Below are positions 30,580 to 40,018 of a stretch of DNA of 64,000 nt, in pieces. Numbering within the stretch: the stretch's first letter is position 1; each line of letters starts with the position of its first letter. Made by a program: the position numbers and the translations under genes. Location of the stretch: positions 13,542 through 77,541 of the forward strand of contig JAURPH010000007.1 in NCBI GenBank assembly GCA_030835345.1, in the 5' to 3' direction. The DNA is from Thermodesulfobacteriota bacterium. GTDB lineage: Bacteria; Desulfobacterota_D; UBA1144. Below the pieces are notes generated by a model. The model did not search any database and was not told the DNA's origin. It saw only the letters and a program-made list of their open reading frames with translations.

Positions 30580-31446
30580 TTAAATATTAACTAATTCTAT
30601 ACCACTAGCATTTAAGTCTTTTTTTAAGTTCATGTCAACAAGGTTATGAGAAATTATCTTTTTTACTTTCCCACCTAAAAAATACTTTAAATCAATTTTT
30701 TTATGATTACAAAAATCATAAATTTTTTTGATATTATTGCTATCAACAAATAGATATGTTGGTATTGTTTCATTTATGTTCTCAATAAATTCCAACCAAT
30801 TTTTAAAGTTGATAAATTTTTTTTTATTCTTTAATAATCCAGAACAAATAGAATTACCAAATTTGATATTATTTTGATAAAAAATATTAACAAATTCAGT
30901 TTCTGAAATTTCTGAAATGACTTTGTGAAGTTGTTTTTCATCGAAGTTTAAACTGTTATTAAGATCGAATACCATTAATTTGTTGATTTTGGATTCATCC
31001 AATTTTTTCTTTGACATCATTCCAAATTTATTAATTGTTTTAAATGTTATTAAATTTTTATTTCCTATTTCTTTCTTAATTGAACTGTCTAATGAAATTA
31101 CTGAGAAAAAATCATCAGTATTAATCCTAATTGATTCTTCAATTTGATCTATGACCAATATGTCAAAATTTTTATTTAAATTATCAATATTTGAATCATA
31201 ATTTATTGAACAATTTAGAGCCTTTAAGCAATTAAGAGTTAAAAAATTTTCTAATGTTGTTGAACCACAACTGAATACTTTTTTATTCTCAAACCCATTT
31301 GTGGAGAAATATGCAATTGTATTATCTAGCGAATGTTTTATATCAGAGTAAGTATGCTGTTTCCAGTTCATTCCATCTAAAAACTGATAAGCGAGTGCCT
31401 GGCCATTATTTTTTAAAGCATCCTGTAATGAATTTAAATTTTGCAT
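30580..31446 (-). CDS. Hypothetical protein; N-terminal part is reminiscent of the N-terminal subdomain of acyl-CoA synthetases but lacks the AMP-binding P-loop
   Basis: 288 aa. GQALAYQFLDGMNWKQHTYSDIKHSLDNTIAYF...NKKVFSCGSTTLENFLTLNCLKALNCSIN resembles the start of adenylate-forming enzymes. No (S/T)SGTTGxPKG motif anywhere. Confidence 0.3.
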   Translation of the reverse strand: MQNLNSLQDALKNNGQALAYQFLDGMNWKQHTYSDIKHSLDNTIAYFSTNGFENKKVFSCGSTTLENFLTLNCLKALNCSINYDSNIDNLNKNFDILVIDQIEESIRINTDDFFSVISLDSSIKKEIGNKNLITFKTINKFGMMSKKKLDESKINKLMVFDLNNSLNFDEKQLHKVISEISETEFVNIFYQNNIKFGNSICSGLLKNKKKFINFKNWLEFIENINETIPTYLFVDSNNIKKIYDFCNHKKIDLKYFLGGKVKKIISHNLVDMNLKKDLNASGIELVNI

Positions 31447-31466
31447 AGATTTATTAAAATTGATTT

Positions 31467-32861
31467 TTGTCTATACTATACATTAATGTTATTTATAAAC
31501 AATTGAGCCCTATGATAAAAATTCCAAATGAAGTCAAAAATTCTCAGAAATATATTTTTGCAATTAAAGTTGTTGAAACTCTTAGAAAAAAATCACACGA
31601 TGCTTTTTTTGTAGGAGGAGCAGTTAGAGATATGTTGCTTGGTTTAGTGCCAAAAGAATTCGACATAAATACCTCTGCAACACCTGATGAAATTAAACAT
31701 CTTTTTCCTGTTACAAAATTGGTGGGACAAAAGTTTGGTGTAACTTTGATCGTAGATCGGAATATGTTCATTGAAGTTGCAACTTTCAGAGAAGAATCAG
31801 GTTATTCAGATAAAAGAAGGCCTGATACGGTACTGTATACATCTAATGTAACAAATGATATAAAAAGAAGAGATTTTACTATAAATGGCTTACTTTATGA
31901 CCCACTAACTGGCTCTGTTATTGATCATTGTGATGGATTAAAAGATATTCAAGACAAAGTTTTAAGAACAATTGGAGAACCAAGAGAACGTCTTACTGAA
32001 GACTATCTTAGAATATTAAGGGGAATACGATTTGCAAATCATTTATCATTTTCAATTCATAAAGATACTGAGCTTGCAATGAGATTGAAAGTAAAAAATA
32101 TTAAAGAGATTAGTATTGAGAGGATTAGAGATGAAATTACCTCTATATTATCAGGAAATAGGCCAGGAGATGGTCTTAAATTACTTGATAATTTTGGTGT
32201 TTTAAAAGAAGTTATACCTGAGTTGATAGAAATGAAAGGTGTACAACAGCCGCCTGATTTTCATCCCGAGGGTGATGTTTTTGTCCATACATGTCTAGCA
32301 CTTGATATGTTAAAAGATGAGAAAGAAAAAGGAGTAGAACTATTATATGGAACATTGTTTCATGATATAGGTAAACCCGATACTTATACAGTTACAGATA
32401 GAATAAGATTTAATAGGCATGAATATGTTGGTGCTATAAAGGCTCAAAAAATTTGCAAGAGATTAAAATTTTCAAAAAAACAAACAGAGCTTATATGTTC
32501 TCTGGTAAAAGAGCATATGAAGTTCGGAAACATAAAAGATATGAAGCTTAGTACTTTTAAAAAATTTGTTTCAATGGACTCGTTCAATCAGCATCTAAGA
32601 TTACACAAAGCTGATTGTCTAGCTAGTCATGGTGATTTGTCATTATTAGAATTTACTCAAAATAAAATAATCGAAATTCAGAGTGAGCCAAAGTTGCCTC
32701 AGCCTTTGATTAATGGTAACGACTTGTTATCTATTGGTTTAAAACCTGGTCCTAGTTTTAAAGAAATTCTTGCGAAAGTATTTGATGAACAATTAGAAGG
32801 AAATATAAAAAATAAACAAGAAGGTATGATATTAGTAAGGAAGATATTAAAAATAGAATGA
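31467..32861 (+). CDS. cca: CCA tRNA nucleotidyltransferase with HD domain (start probably MIKIPNE at about 31512)
   Basis: Pol-beta nucleotidyltransferase head FFVGGAVRDMLLG. HD domain reads VFVHTCLA...GTLFHDIGKP. Confidence 0.8.
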   Translation: MSILYINVIYKQLSPMIKIPNEVKNSQKYIFAIKVVETLRKKSHDAFFVGGAVRDMLLGLVPKEFDINTSATPDEIKHLFPVTKLVGQKFGVTLIVDRNMFIEVATFREESGYSDKRRPDTVLYTSNVTNDIKRRDFTINGLLYDPLTGSVIDHCDGLKDIQDKVLRTIGEPRERLTEDYLRILRGIRFANHLSFSIHKDTELAMRLKVKNIKEISIERIRDEITSILSGNRPGDGLKLLDNFGVLKEVIPELIEMKGVQQPPDFHPEGDVFVHTCLALDMLKDEKEKGVELLYGTLFHDIGKPDTYTVTDRIRFNRHEYVGAIKAQKICKRLKFSKKQTELICSLVKEHMKFGNIKDMKLSTFKKFVSMDSFNQHLRLHKADCLASHGDLSLLEFTQNKIIEIQSEPKLPQPLINGNDLLSIGLKPGPSFKEILAKVFDEQLEGNIKNKQEGMILVRKILKIE

Positions 32862-33868
32862 GAAATTTAAGATTAGTCCAAGAGAATTTCGGATCAATAA
32901 GCCAAATTAAACTTAAAGAATCAGAAGTTCCAATACCTAATGATAATGAAGTGTTATTAGAAGTATTTAGCATTGGTGTTAGTTTTGCTGATGTTTTAGC
33001 TTATGAAGGTAATTATCAAGATAAGCCTGATCTACCATTTGTCGCGGGATTAGAGGTCTCTGGAGTTGTTGTAGCTAAAGGTAAAGCGATTACTTCATTA
33101 GATATTGGAGACGAAGTTATTGCTCTTACTAAGTGGGGAGGTTTTTCTGAGTATGTAACAGTCGATGTTAACTATGTTATTAAGAAGTCTAGCAATATTC
33201 CTCATTCAATAGCCTCAACGATTATAATAAATTATGGTACTTCAATTTATACGATTGAGGATAGATTGGCTTGTGAAGAGAACTGCAGAGTTATAATTTT
33301 AGGGGCATCAGGAGGAATCGGGTTAGCATGTATTGAATTGCTAAAGATTAAAAATGCAGAAATAACAGCAGTAGCTTCATCTCAAGATAAATTAAATGAG
33401 TGTAAAAAGTACGGAGCCACAAATTTGATTCTAAGAGAACCAGATAAGTCTTTAAAGCAAATCCTTAGAGATAATAAAGTTAAAAAAGTCGATTATATTA
33501 TAGATACTATTGGTGGACAAGAAACAATTGATTCTTTGAGTTTCTTAAATTGGGAAGGCTCATTAGTGCCAATGGGTTTTGCATCTGGCGATATTTCTAA
33601 TATCCCTGCGAATCTTATATTATTAAAAAATATTTCAATTGTTGGAGTTTTTTGGGGACCTTTTGCAAGGGGCAACAATAACTTTAACCTCCATTCAATT
33701 AGTAAAATTAATGATTACTATGATAAAGGTCTTCTCAAAATTGCAAATCCTACAAAGGTAAAATTCGAAAATTATTTAGATGCTTTTAAAGCCATTAAAG
33801 AAAGAAAATCAATTGGCAAGCTTTGTTTGATAACAGAAAAATATAATCAAAAAAAAGGAAGGCCATAA
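32858..33868 (+). CDS. MDR-family NADPH:quinone oxidoreductase / zinc-type alcohol dehydrogenase-like protein
   Basis: GroES-like N-domain followed by a Rossmann ILGASGGIGLACIELLK. Confidence 0.7.
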   Translation: MRNLRLVQENFGSISQIKLKESEVPIPNDNEVLLEVFSIGVSFADVLAYEGNYQDKPDLPFVAGLEVSGVVVAKGKAITSLDIGDEVIALTKWGGFSEYVTVDVNYVIKKSSNIPHSIASTIIINYGTSIYTIEDRLACEENCRVIILGASGGIGLACIELLKIKNAEITAVASSQDKLNECKKYGATNLILREPDKSLKQILRDNKVKKVDYIIDTIGGQETIDSLSFLNWEGSLVPMGFASGDISNIPANLILLKNISIVGVFWGPFARGNNNFNLHSISKINDYYDKGLLKIANPTKVKFENYLDAFKAIKERKSIGKLCLITEKYNQKKGRP

Positions 33869-33889
33869 GACCTTCCTTTCAATTTTTTT
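33854..33889. terminator. Bidirectional rho-independent terminator between the convergent qor-like gene and atpE
   Basis: Perfect 9-bp stem AAAGGAAGG / CCTTCCTTT around an 8-nt loop. It is flanked by an A-run upstream and a T-run downstream, so it reads as a hairpin plus U-tract on both strands. Confidence 0.6.
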
Positions 33890-34199
33890 ATATTTTACTC
33901 TGTAATAAGAATGTTATAGCAAGTGCATAAATGACAAGAGACTCGATTAGAGCCAAACCAATAATCATTGGTGTTTGAATTTGTCCAGCTGCACCAGGAT
34001 TTCTACCGATGGCATTTAATGCAGCATCCATAGTTTTACCTTGTGCAATTGCACCTCCTGCAGCAGCTATACCAATTCCTAGTCCAGCACCTAAGGCTAG
34101 TCCAGAAACAGCATCTCCACTTGCTGCAGCATATACTTCCGGTGAAAGAAGAAACATTACTGCTAACATAGAAAAAGCAAAAAGTGAAAAGTTTCTCAT
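33888..34199 (-). CDS. atpE: F0F1 ATP synthase subunit c, with about 25-aa N-terminal signal-peptide-like extension
   Basis: Hairpin [52 protein letters not shown] carries the ion-binding carboxylate E in helix 2 within an ESLVIY (E-S-x-x-x-Y) context. N-terminal segment reads [24 protein letters not shown]. Confidence 0.85.
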   Translation of the reverse strand: MRNFSLFAFSMLAVMFLLSPEVYAAASGDAVSGLALGAGLGIGIAAAGGAIAQGKTMDAALNAIGRNPGAAGQIQTPMIIGLALIESLVIYALAITFLLQSKI

Positions 34200-34222
34200 T
34201 GTAGTCCTCCTTTAAAAATTCT

Positions 34223-34924
34223 TTAATGATCGTGACTTGTTGATAATGAAATATAAATACTAGATAAAATTGTAAAAATAAATGCCTGTAAAAACGAAAC
34301 AAAAACCCCTAGCCCTATAAATATTGCAGGTACAACATAGGGTGTCAGATTTGAGAAAATTTGAAGGACTAAATGATCACCCGTCATATTCCAAAACAAT
34401 CTCAATGAAAGAGAGGCGGGCCTAACAAGGTGACTAATAACCTCAATAATAATCATTAATGGTGCTAAATAGATAACTGGTCCCATAAAATGCTTTAAAT
34501 ATCCGACTCCATGTTCTTTGAATCCCATATAATTATATGTAACGAAAATAACTGTTGCACAAGCAAGAGTCGAGTTTAAATTCTGAGTAGCTGGATAAAA
34601 GCCAGGAAATACTCCTAATAAGTTCGAAAAGAATATAAAGAAGAATGATCCACCTAGTAATGGCAAATATTTTTTTGCTTTTTCCTCAGTTCCGAAAATA
34701 TCAGTCAATAATTTTAATAAAAAATCTAGGGTTAAAAATTCAAATAAATTGGATAATGAAAATTTAGAACTTGGTATTAAAGATGAATCTCCAGTGGTTT
34801 TCGCTCTGACCTTAAGAGATACTAGGATTAAAAAAAGCACCACAATACCTGACCCAATAATATGGTCATATTGATTAACACCTATTAGTTCCGTCCATTG
34901 GGCATGTTCTAATGCTGCGCTCAT
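34223..34924 (-). CDS. atpB: F0F1 ATP synthase subunit a
   Basis: Conserved Arg motif LSLRLFWNMTGDH (compare E. coli LGLRLFGNMYAG). 233 aa, polytopic. Confidence 0.85.
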   Translation of the reverse strand: MSAALEHAQWTELIGVNQYDHIIGSGIVVLFLILVSLKVRAKTTGDSSLIPSSKFSLSNLFEFLTLDFLLKLLTDIFGTEEKAKKYLPLLGGSFFFIFFSNLLGVFPGFYPATQNLNSTLACATVIFVTYNYMGFKEHGVGYLKHFMGPVIYLAPLMIIIEVISHLVRPASLSLRLFWNMTGDHLVLQIFSNLTPYVVPAIFIGLGVFVSFLQAFIFTILSSIYISLSTSHDH

Positions 34925-34928
34925 AATA

Positions 34929-35255
34929 TTATTTACCTTGGATTAGTAGAATAAACACAATTAAAATTACACTAAAACCAGTCAAAAATCCAATTAAGTT
35001 GATTGATAAATATTTAACCAAATAAAGTGTGACTAATGCAAGTATGGTGATTTTTAAAATTGTAGTAAAAAAAGGAATAAATTTACTTTTATTACTTGAT
35101 ATGAACAAATTTGAGATTGTCTTTACCCCAATGGAATTGATATATGAAAGAGTAGATCCATAGAAAAAACCCTCAATAAAATCAACACTTTTATATAGAT
35201 ATATACAATATGAGGCAATAATAATAAGCGATCCGATTCTTAAAAAATTTTTCAT
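34929..35255 (-). CDS. atpI: AtpI-like small membrane protein (ATP synthase protein I)
   Basis: 108 aa with three to four TM segments. Called from position, immediately upstream of atpB, as in alpha-proteobacterial atpI-B-E operons. Confidence 0.4.
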   Translation of the reverse strand: MKNFLRIGSLIIIASYCIYLYKSVDFIEGFFYGSTLSYINSIGVKTISNLFISSNKSKFIPFFTTILKITILALVTLYLVKYLSINLIGFLTGFSVILIVFILLIQGK

Positions 35256-35455
35256 TTTTCCTTTTTATCAAAATTATTGATGATTTTAAACATCAAATAA
35301 AACCCTCCAATTGTTCCTAGAATTATACCCACAATAGAAAACAAAGATTCTGTTTCAAGCTTAGAGTCCAAAATGCTACCTAAAAACATACCACCTAATA
35401 TAGATGAAGCTAATTCAGTTCCAACAATAAAATATTTTAACCAGGGATTTCTCAT
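35252..35455 (-). CDS. atpZ: AtpZ family protein (putative F0F1-ATPase accessory subunit, PF09527-like)
   Basis: 67 aa. VGTELASSILGGMFLGSILDSKLET plus a second TM, typical of AtpZ/ATPase_gene1 proteins. Confidence 0.5.
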   Translation of the reverse strand: MRNPWLKYFIVGTELASSILGGMFLGSILDSKLETESLFSIVGIILGTIGGFYLMFKIINNFDKKEK

Positions 35456-36807
35456 AAAATTTTATTCAAAGCCTTGTTACAGATTTCTGCCGTTCTTTCA
35501 ATATCCTCATTCGTATGTGAATCAGAAATGAATATTGTTTCATATTGAGAAGGCGGGAACATAATGCCATTGTCTAGTATAGTTTGAAAAAATTTGCCGT
35601 GATTTTTTAGATTACAATTATTTACATCATTAAAATTTGTTGGCTCTTTATCAGTAAAAAAAATTGTTAACATTGAACCTAGTTGGTTAATATGGATACC
35701 CTTTTTATGGTTATCTTCAATTAAAGTTTTTAATTTTTTTGCTTTATTATTTAAATTTAGGTAGATTTCGGAACTTTTTTCAATTAAAAGTTCAAGAGTT
35801 TTTATTCCTGCAGCAACAGCAACTGGATTTCCTGATAATGTACCAGCCTGATAAATATCACCAGATGGAGACATTTTTCCCATTACATCTTTTCTTCCTC
35901 CAAATGCTCCCACAGGGAATCCACCTCCTATTATTTTACCAATACAGGAAAGGTCTGGCTTAATGCCATAAAAGGATTCTGCACCACCAAGGCATAATCT
36001 AAATCCGGTAATTACCTCGTCAAAAATTAATAAACAATTATTTTCATCACAAATTTTTTTTATTTTTTTCAAAAAACCTTCTTTTGGATAGATTAATCCC
36101 ATATTGGCAGGAACAGGTTCTATTATTATTGCTGCAATTTTATTCTTATATTTATTAAAAATTTCTTCTACATTTTTAATATTATTGTATTCCGCTACTA
36201 AGGTATGTTTTGTAAAGTCCTTTGGAACACCTGGTGAAGATGGTTCTCCAAAGGTTGAGAGGCCAGAACCTGCACTAACCAGTAGATGATCTGCATGACC
36301 ATGATAACACCCTTCAAATTTAACTATTTTATCTTTATTCGTGAAACCTCTTGCAAGTCTGATTGCACTCATAGTTGCTTCAGTACCAGAGTTTGTAAGT
36401 CTAACCATTTCCATCGATGGCATTAGCCTTGAAATTAATTTAGCAATTTTAATTTCTCCCTTGTGGCATGCACCATAAGTGGTTCCTTTTTCCAGAGCAT
36501 CTATTGCGGCATTTTTTATTTCAACATTAGCATGACCAAGTATTAAGGGACCAAATGAGGATATGTAATCAATATATTTATTATTATCCTCATCTTCAAT
36601 ATATGCACCATAAGCTTTTTTTATATATCTTGGATTACTACTAACAGCTTTAAAAGACCTTACAGGACTATTAACACCACCTGGTATGAAACTTAATGCT
36701 TCGTTAAACAATATTTCTGAATTTTGATTTTTTTTCATATAAAAGACAAGAATATCATCTATATTATATTTGTGTATGGAAAAAATTAGTATCTTATCAC
36801 CAGCCAA
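35452..36807 (-). CDS. hemL: Glutamate-1-semialdehyde 2,1-aminomutase (start probably MKKNQ at about 36741)
   Basis: Class III aminotransferase with HemL-type N-terminus LFNEALSFIPGGVNSPVRSF and the PLP-Lys region. Confidence 0.9.
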   Translation of the reverse strand: MAGDKILIFSIHKYNIDDILVFYMKKNQNSEILFNEALSFIPGGVNSPVRSFKAVSSNPRYIKKAYGAYIEDEDNNKYIDYISSFGPLILGHANVEIKNAAIDALEKGTTYGACHKGEIKIAKLISRLMPSMEMVRLTNSGTEATMSAIRLARGFTNKDKIVKFEGCYHGHADHLLVSAGSGLSTFGEPSSPGVPKDFTKHTLVAEYNNIKNVEEIFNKYKNKIAAIIIEPVPANMGLIYPKEGFLKKIKKICDENNCLLIFDEVITGFRLCLGGAESFYGIKPDLSCIGKIIGGGFPVGAFGGRKDVMGKMSPSGDIYQAGTLSGNPVAVAAGIKTLELLIEKSSEIYLNLNNKAKKLKTLIEDNHKKGIHINQLGSMLTIFFTDKEPTNFNDVNNCNLKNHGKFFQTILDNGIMFPPSQYETIFISDSHTNEDIERTAEICNKALNKIL

Positions 36808-37645
36808 ATTAAACTTAACTCTTAAAGTGCAAGAAAAAATGGATAATGGTTACCACAAAATTCATTCAGTTGTTCAGATTATAAATTTTTTTGATGAAAT
36901 TCGATTGTCTAAATCATCAATAAACAATGGAGTAATATTTAACTTTTCTGATTCATCAGTAAAAGAAAATGAAAATTTAGCTTTTATAGCCATTCAAAGA
37001 TTTATTAATTATTTTGAAATAAAAGAGGGCATTAAAGTTGATATTAAGAAAAATATACCTATGGGCGCGGGACTTGGGGGTGGAAGTAGTAATGCTGCAG
37101 CCGTGCTTTTAGGCATGTCTAAGCTTTTCAAAATTAATAATTTTGATCAATTGGTTAGATTAGGCGAGGAAATAGGTTCAGATGTTCCACTTTTTTTATA
37201 TGGAAGATCTGCAAATATTGCGGGAAGAGGAGAAATCGTTGAGACTGTTAAAAATCCTTTCAATTTGAATTATTTGGTTTTAATTCCTCAAATACACTCA
37301 TCAACAAAAGAACTTTATTCCGAATGGGATGAAAATGAGAAGTTTGTTAGTCAATATTTTCAAAAAAAAGACACCAGAATAAACATTAAAAATAATATAA
37401 TTGAGTTGAGAAATGATTTCTTACCTTTATTGTCAAAGAAATTTGAAATTTATGATGAAGTTTTTTCTGTTTTAAAGAATTTTGGCTTATCAAATATTTC
37501 GGTATCAGGAACCGGTTCGGCAATTTTTTCTATCATTAACGATTCTTATGATTGTGAGCCAATAATAAATTATTTTAAATCTTCAAACAAATTAAAAGTT
37601 TTTCAAGCACAATCTATAGAAGGCTGGCAACTGCAAATCGATTGA
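36770..37645 (+). CDS. ispE: 4-diphosphocytidyl-2-C-methyl-D-erythritol kinase
   Basis: ISILSPAKLNLTLKV... and GHMP kinase motif PMGAGLGGGSSNAAA. Confidence 0.85.
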   Translation: MCMEKISILSPAKLNLTLKVQEKMDNGYHKIHSVVQIINFFDEIRLSKSSINNGVIFNFSDSSVKENENLAFIAIQRFINYFEIKEGIKVDIKKNIPMGAGLGGGSSNAAAVLLGMSKLFKINNFDQLVRLGEEIGSDVPLFLYGRSANIAGRGEIVETVKNPFNLNYLVLIPQIHSSTKELYSEWDENEKFVSQYFQKKDTRINIKNNIIELRNDFLPLLSKKFEIYDEVFSVLKNFGLSNISVSGTGSAIFSIINDSYDCEPIINYFKSSNKLKVFQAQSIEGWQLQID

Positions 37646-37677
37646 AATTAGAAAAAAAAACTGTATTATCTATGGAT

Positions 37678-37748
37678 TGGCCCGTCGTCTAATGGCAGGA
37701 CTCTTGGTTTTGGTCCAAGCAATGGAGGTTCGAATCCTTCCGGGCCAG
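37678..37748 (+). tRNA. tRNA-Gln (anticodon UUG)
   Basis: Hand-folded cloverleaf. Acceptor TGGCCCG/CGGGCCA (7 bp). D-arm GTCT..GGAC. Anticodon stem CTTGG/CCAAG with loop TTTTGGT (U33, UUG). T-arm GGAGG-TTCGAAT-CCTTC. Discriminator G. A U-run follows directly. Confidence 0.8.
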
Positions 37749-37824
37749 GTTTTTTTACTTCCTTTTATATTGCATAAATAGTATAATAGGCAAGCAGTAT
37801 TTTGATTAGAAATAAGGATTTATA

Positions 37825-38955
37825 ATGAGTTCAGAGGATTTTCAACAATATAATAATTCAGAGCAACAATCTAATGATAATGAATTAGATGATAAAGCAT
37901 TGCTTGAAGAATATCAGAAAACAACCTTAAGAAATGTAACCTCAAAAGCTAAGAAAAAAGACTGGGTACCTGATGAGCAATATAGACTCTTATATGTATA
38001 TTTTAAAGATATGTCACTTGAGCCATTGCTTAAGTCCAAGCAAGAAGTTGAGGTTTCTGCCAAAATAAAGAAATCTGAACTTATCGCGAGCAATTTCGCT
38101 AAACTTTTAGAGGATGTAGAAACCTCATCTATAACTGCAACCCAGAACGAAAAACTAGTTGCATTAAAAGGTGGAAAGAAAAGAAGAATTGCTGAGGTTG
38201 AGGGTTATGTAAGAGCTTATACTAATCTGGCCAATACTTTAAAAGAGAGATTCGTCAAAGCAAATTTAAGATTAGTTGTAAGTATTGCCAAGAGATATAT
38301 TGGCAGAGGACTTGCTTTACAGGATTTAATACAAGAAGGTAATGTAGGATTGATGAGAGCAGTCGAAAGATTTGATCATACTAAAGGATTTAAGTTTTCA
38401 ACCTATGCATCATGGTGGATTCATCAGGCAATATCAAGAGCCTTATTAGATCAAACCAGAACTATAAGAGTTCCTGTTTATGTTTTGGAGCAGGCAAGTA
38501 AAGTATTTAAGGCTAGCACTGCCCTTCAAAAAGATCTTGGAAGAAAGCCTACACCAGCAGAAATTGCTGAAAAGGTTGGAATTTCGGTAGATGGGGTTAA
38601 AAGAATTCTAGAGTCAACTAACGAAGTTGTTCAATTAGACACCCCTGTTTTTGATGGTGAAAAAGCAACATTATTAGATTTCATTCCTGATGAAGGATCT
38701 CCTATTCCTGATAAAATTGTTGCCGAGAGTTCCTTAACTGAAAGAATAAAAGGTGCTTTAAAAGCTTTGACACCTAGAGAAGAAGAGATTATAAAAATGC
38801 GTTTTGGTATTGATATGGAAAGCACATATACACTTGATGAAATTGGTAAAAAGTTTGATTTGACCAGAGAAAGAATAAGGCAAATTGAGAAGAAAGCTCT
38901 AGAAAAATTAGCCAAATCTGACGTAGGTGAAGTCTTAAAAAGCTTTTTAGAATAA
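37825..38955 (+). CDS. rpoD: RNA polymerase sigma-70 family factor, RpoD-like, compact (376 aa)
   Basis: Region 2 reads [62 protein letters not shown]. Regions 3-4 end ...[41 protein letters not shown], nearly identical to the RpoD C-terminus of E. coli. Confidence 0.85.
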   Translation: MSSEDFQQYNNSEQQSNDNELDDKALLEEYQKTTLRNVTSKAKKKDWVPDEQYRLLYVYFKDMSLEPLLKSKQEVEVSAKIKKSELIASNFAKLLEDVETSSITATQNEKLVALKGGKKRRIAEVEGYVRAYTNLANTLKERFVKANLRLVVSIAKRYIGRGLALQDLIQEGNVGLMRAVERFDHTKGFKFSTYASWWIHQAISRALLDQTRTIRVPVYVLEQASKVFKASTALQKDLGRKPTPAEIAEKVGISVDGVKRILESTNEVVQLDTPVFDGEKATLLDFIPDEGSPIPDKIVAESSLTERIKGALKALTPREEEIIKMRFGIDMESTYTLDEIGKKFDLTRERIRQIEKKALEKLAKSDVGEVLKSFLE

Positions 38956-38965
38956 GAAGGTATAT

Positions 38966-40018
38966 ATGGATAAGATTAAATTTGGACTTGTTCCCCCAAT
39001 GCCCGGGGCTGATTGTCAGGGTCTAGTAGATTTCTCAGTAAAAGCAGATAATATGGGTTTTGATAGTCTTTGGTTTCCTGATCATTTAGCTTTTATAGCT
39101 CCAAGTCCTGCATATGAGGCATGGACGATAGCTGCTGCAGTCGCCCAACAAACAAAAAATATAACAATTGGTACTACTTCTGACCCACATCGTAATCATC
39201 CTGCTGTCTTTGCCCAGAGACTTGCAACAGTAGATCATCTTTCTAAAGGAAGAGTTGCTCTTGGTTTAGGTGTAGGCGAGTCAATGAATACTGATGCTTA
39301 TGGTATTCCCTGGGATAGTCCATTCAAAAGAATGACTGAATCAATGGATATCATGAAGCTTTTATGGTCTACAAATGAAACAGTAAATTATAACGGCGAC
39401 TTTTTTAAACTGAAAGATGCTTCATTACTTTTAAATTTATATGAGGATAGACAAAGTGTCCCTTTTTATTTTGCAACACATACTGATAAAGGACTAGACT
39501 TGATTGGTAAATCTGGTGATGGCTGGATGCCATTGGACTTAACTCCAGGACTTTATAAAGAATCTCTAGATAAAATCGAAAAGTCAGCCTTGAATTCAGG
39601 AAGAGATATGAAAGAAATTGATACAACACTTTGGATTTTTACTTCTTTGGGTGAAAACGAAGATGAAGCCTATAAAACATTGGAGCCTTTTAGATATGTT
39701 TGTATAATGCAAGATCAATTAAAGAAAGCGGGTTATGATATCGAAATTCCTGATGAGTATAAAGGTTTGAATTACTTTAATATTACTCCTACAGATGAAC
39801 TAAGAAAACAAAAATTTAGAGATTTGGGTAAATTTTTCCCTAGAGAAGCAGTTATAGATTTTACAATTACTGGATCTAAGAAAGATTGTATAAAAAAGAT
39901 AGAAAAGTATGTTGATAAGGGTGTAAAGCATTTTGTACTGTTCCATTATTTTAGTCCTGATCCATCAAAGGCAATGGAAATCTACTCTAAAGAAATACTT
40001 CCTTACTTTAATTCTTAA
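38966..40018 (+). CDS. LLM-class (luciferase-like) flavin-dependent oxidoreductase, probably F420-dependent
   Basis: 350 aa TIM-barrel LLM protein. KFGLVPPMPGADCQGLVDFSVKADNMGFDSLWFPDHL resembles the N-terminus of F420-dependent Mer/Fgd/Adf-type reductases. A cof cluster is present in the same window. Confidence 0.7.
   Translation: MDKIKFGLVPPMPGADCQGLVDFSVKADNMGFDSLWFPDHLAFIAPSPAYEAWTIAAAVAQQTKNITIGTTSDPHRNHPAVFAQRLATVDHLSKGRVALGLGVGESMNTDAYGIPWDSPFKRMTESMDIMKLLWSTNETVNYNGDFFKLKDASLLLNLYEDRQSVPFYFATHTDKGLDLIGKSGDGWMPLDLTPGLYKESLDKIEKSALNSGRDMKEIDTTLWIFTSLGENEDEAYKTLEPFRYVCIMQDQLKKAGYDIEIPDEYKGLNYFNITPTDELRKQKFRDLGKFFPREAVIDFTITGSKKDCIKKIEKYVDKGVKHFVLFHYFSPDPSKAMEIYSKEILPYFNS

Noticed and set aside
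33888-35455. Possibility that atpZ-atpI-atpB-atpE is an N-ATPase operon
   Set aside because: N-ATPase operons are atpD-atpC-atpQ-atpR-atpB-atpE-atpF-atpA-atpG. Here hemL lies upstream and an unrelated convergent gene immediately downstream, with no F1 genes. I kept only the Na+-type c-subunit signature as a finding.
37678-37748. tRNA-Gln as an integration hotspot for a genomic island or prophage
   Set aside because: There is no integrase, no direct repeat of the tRNA 3' end, no GC or gene-content shift, and both flanks are housekeeping genes (ispE, rpoD).
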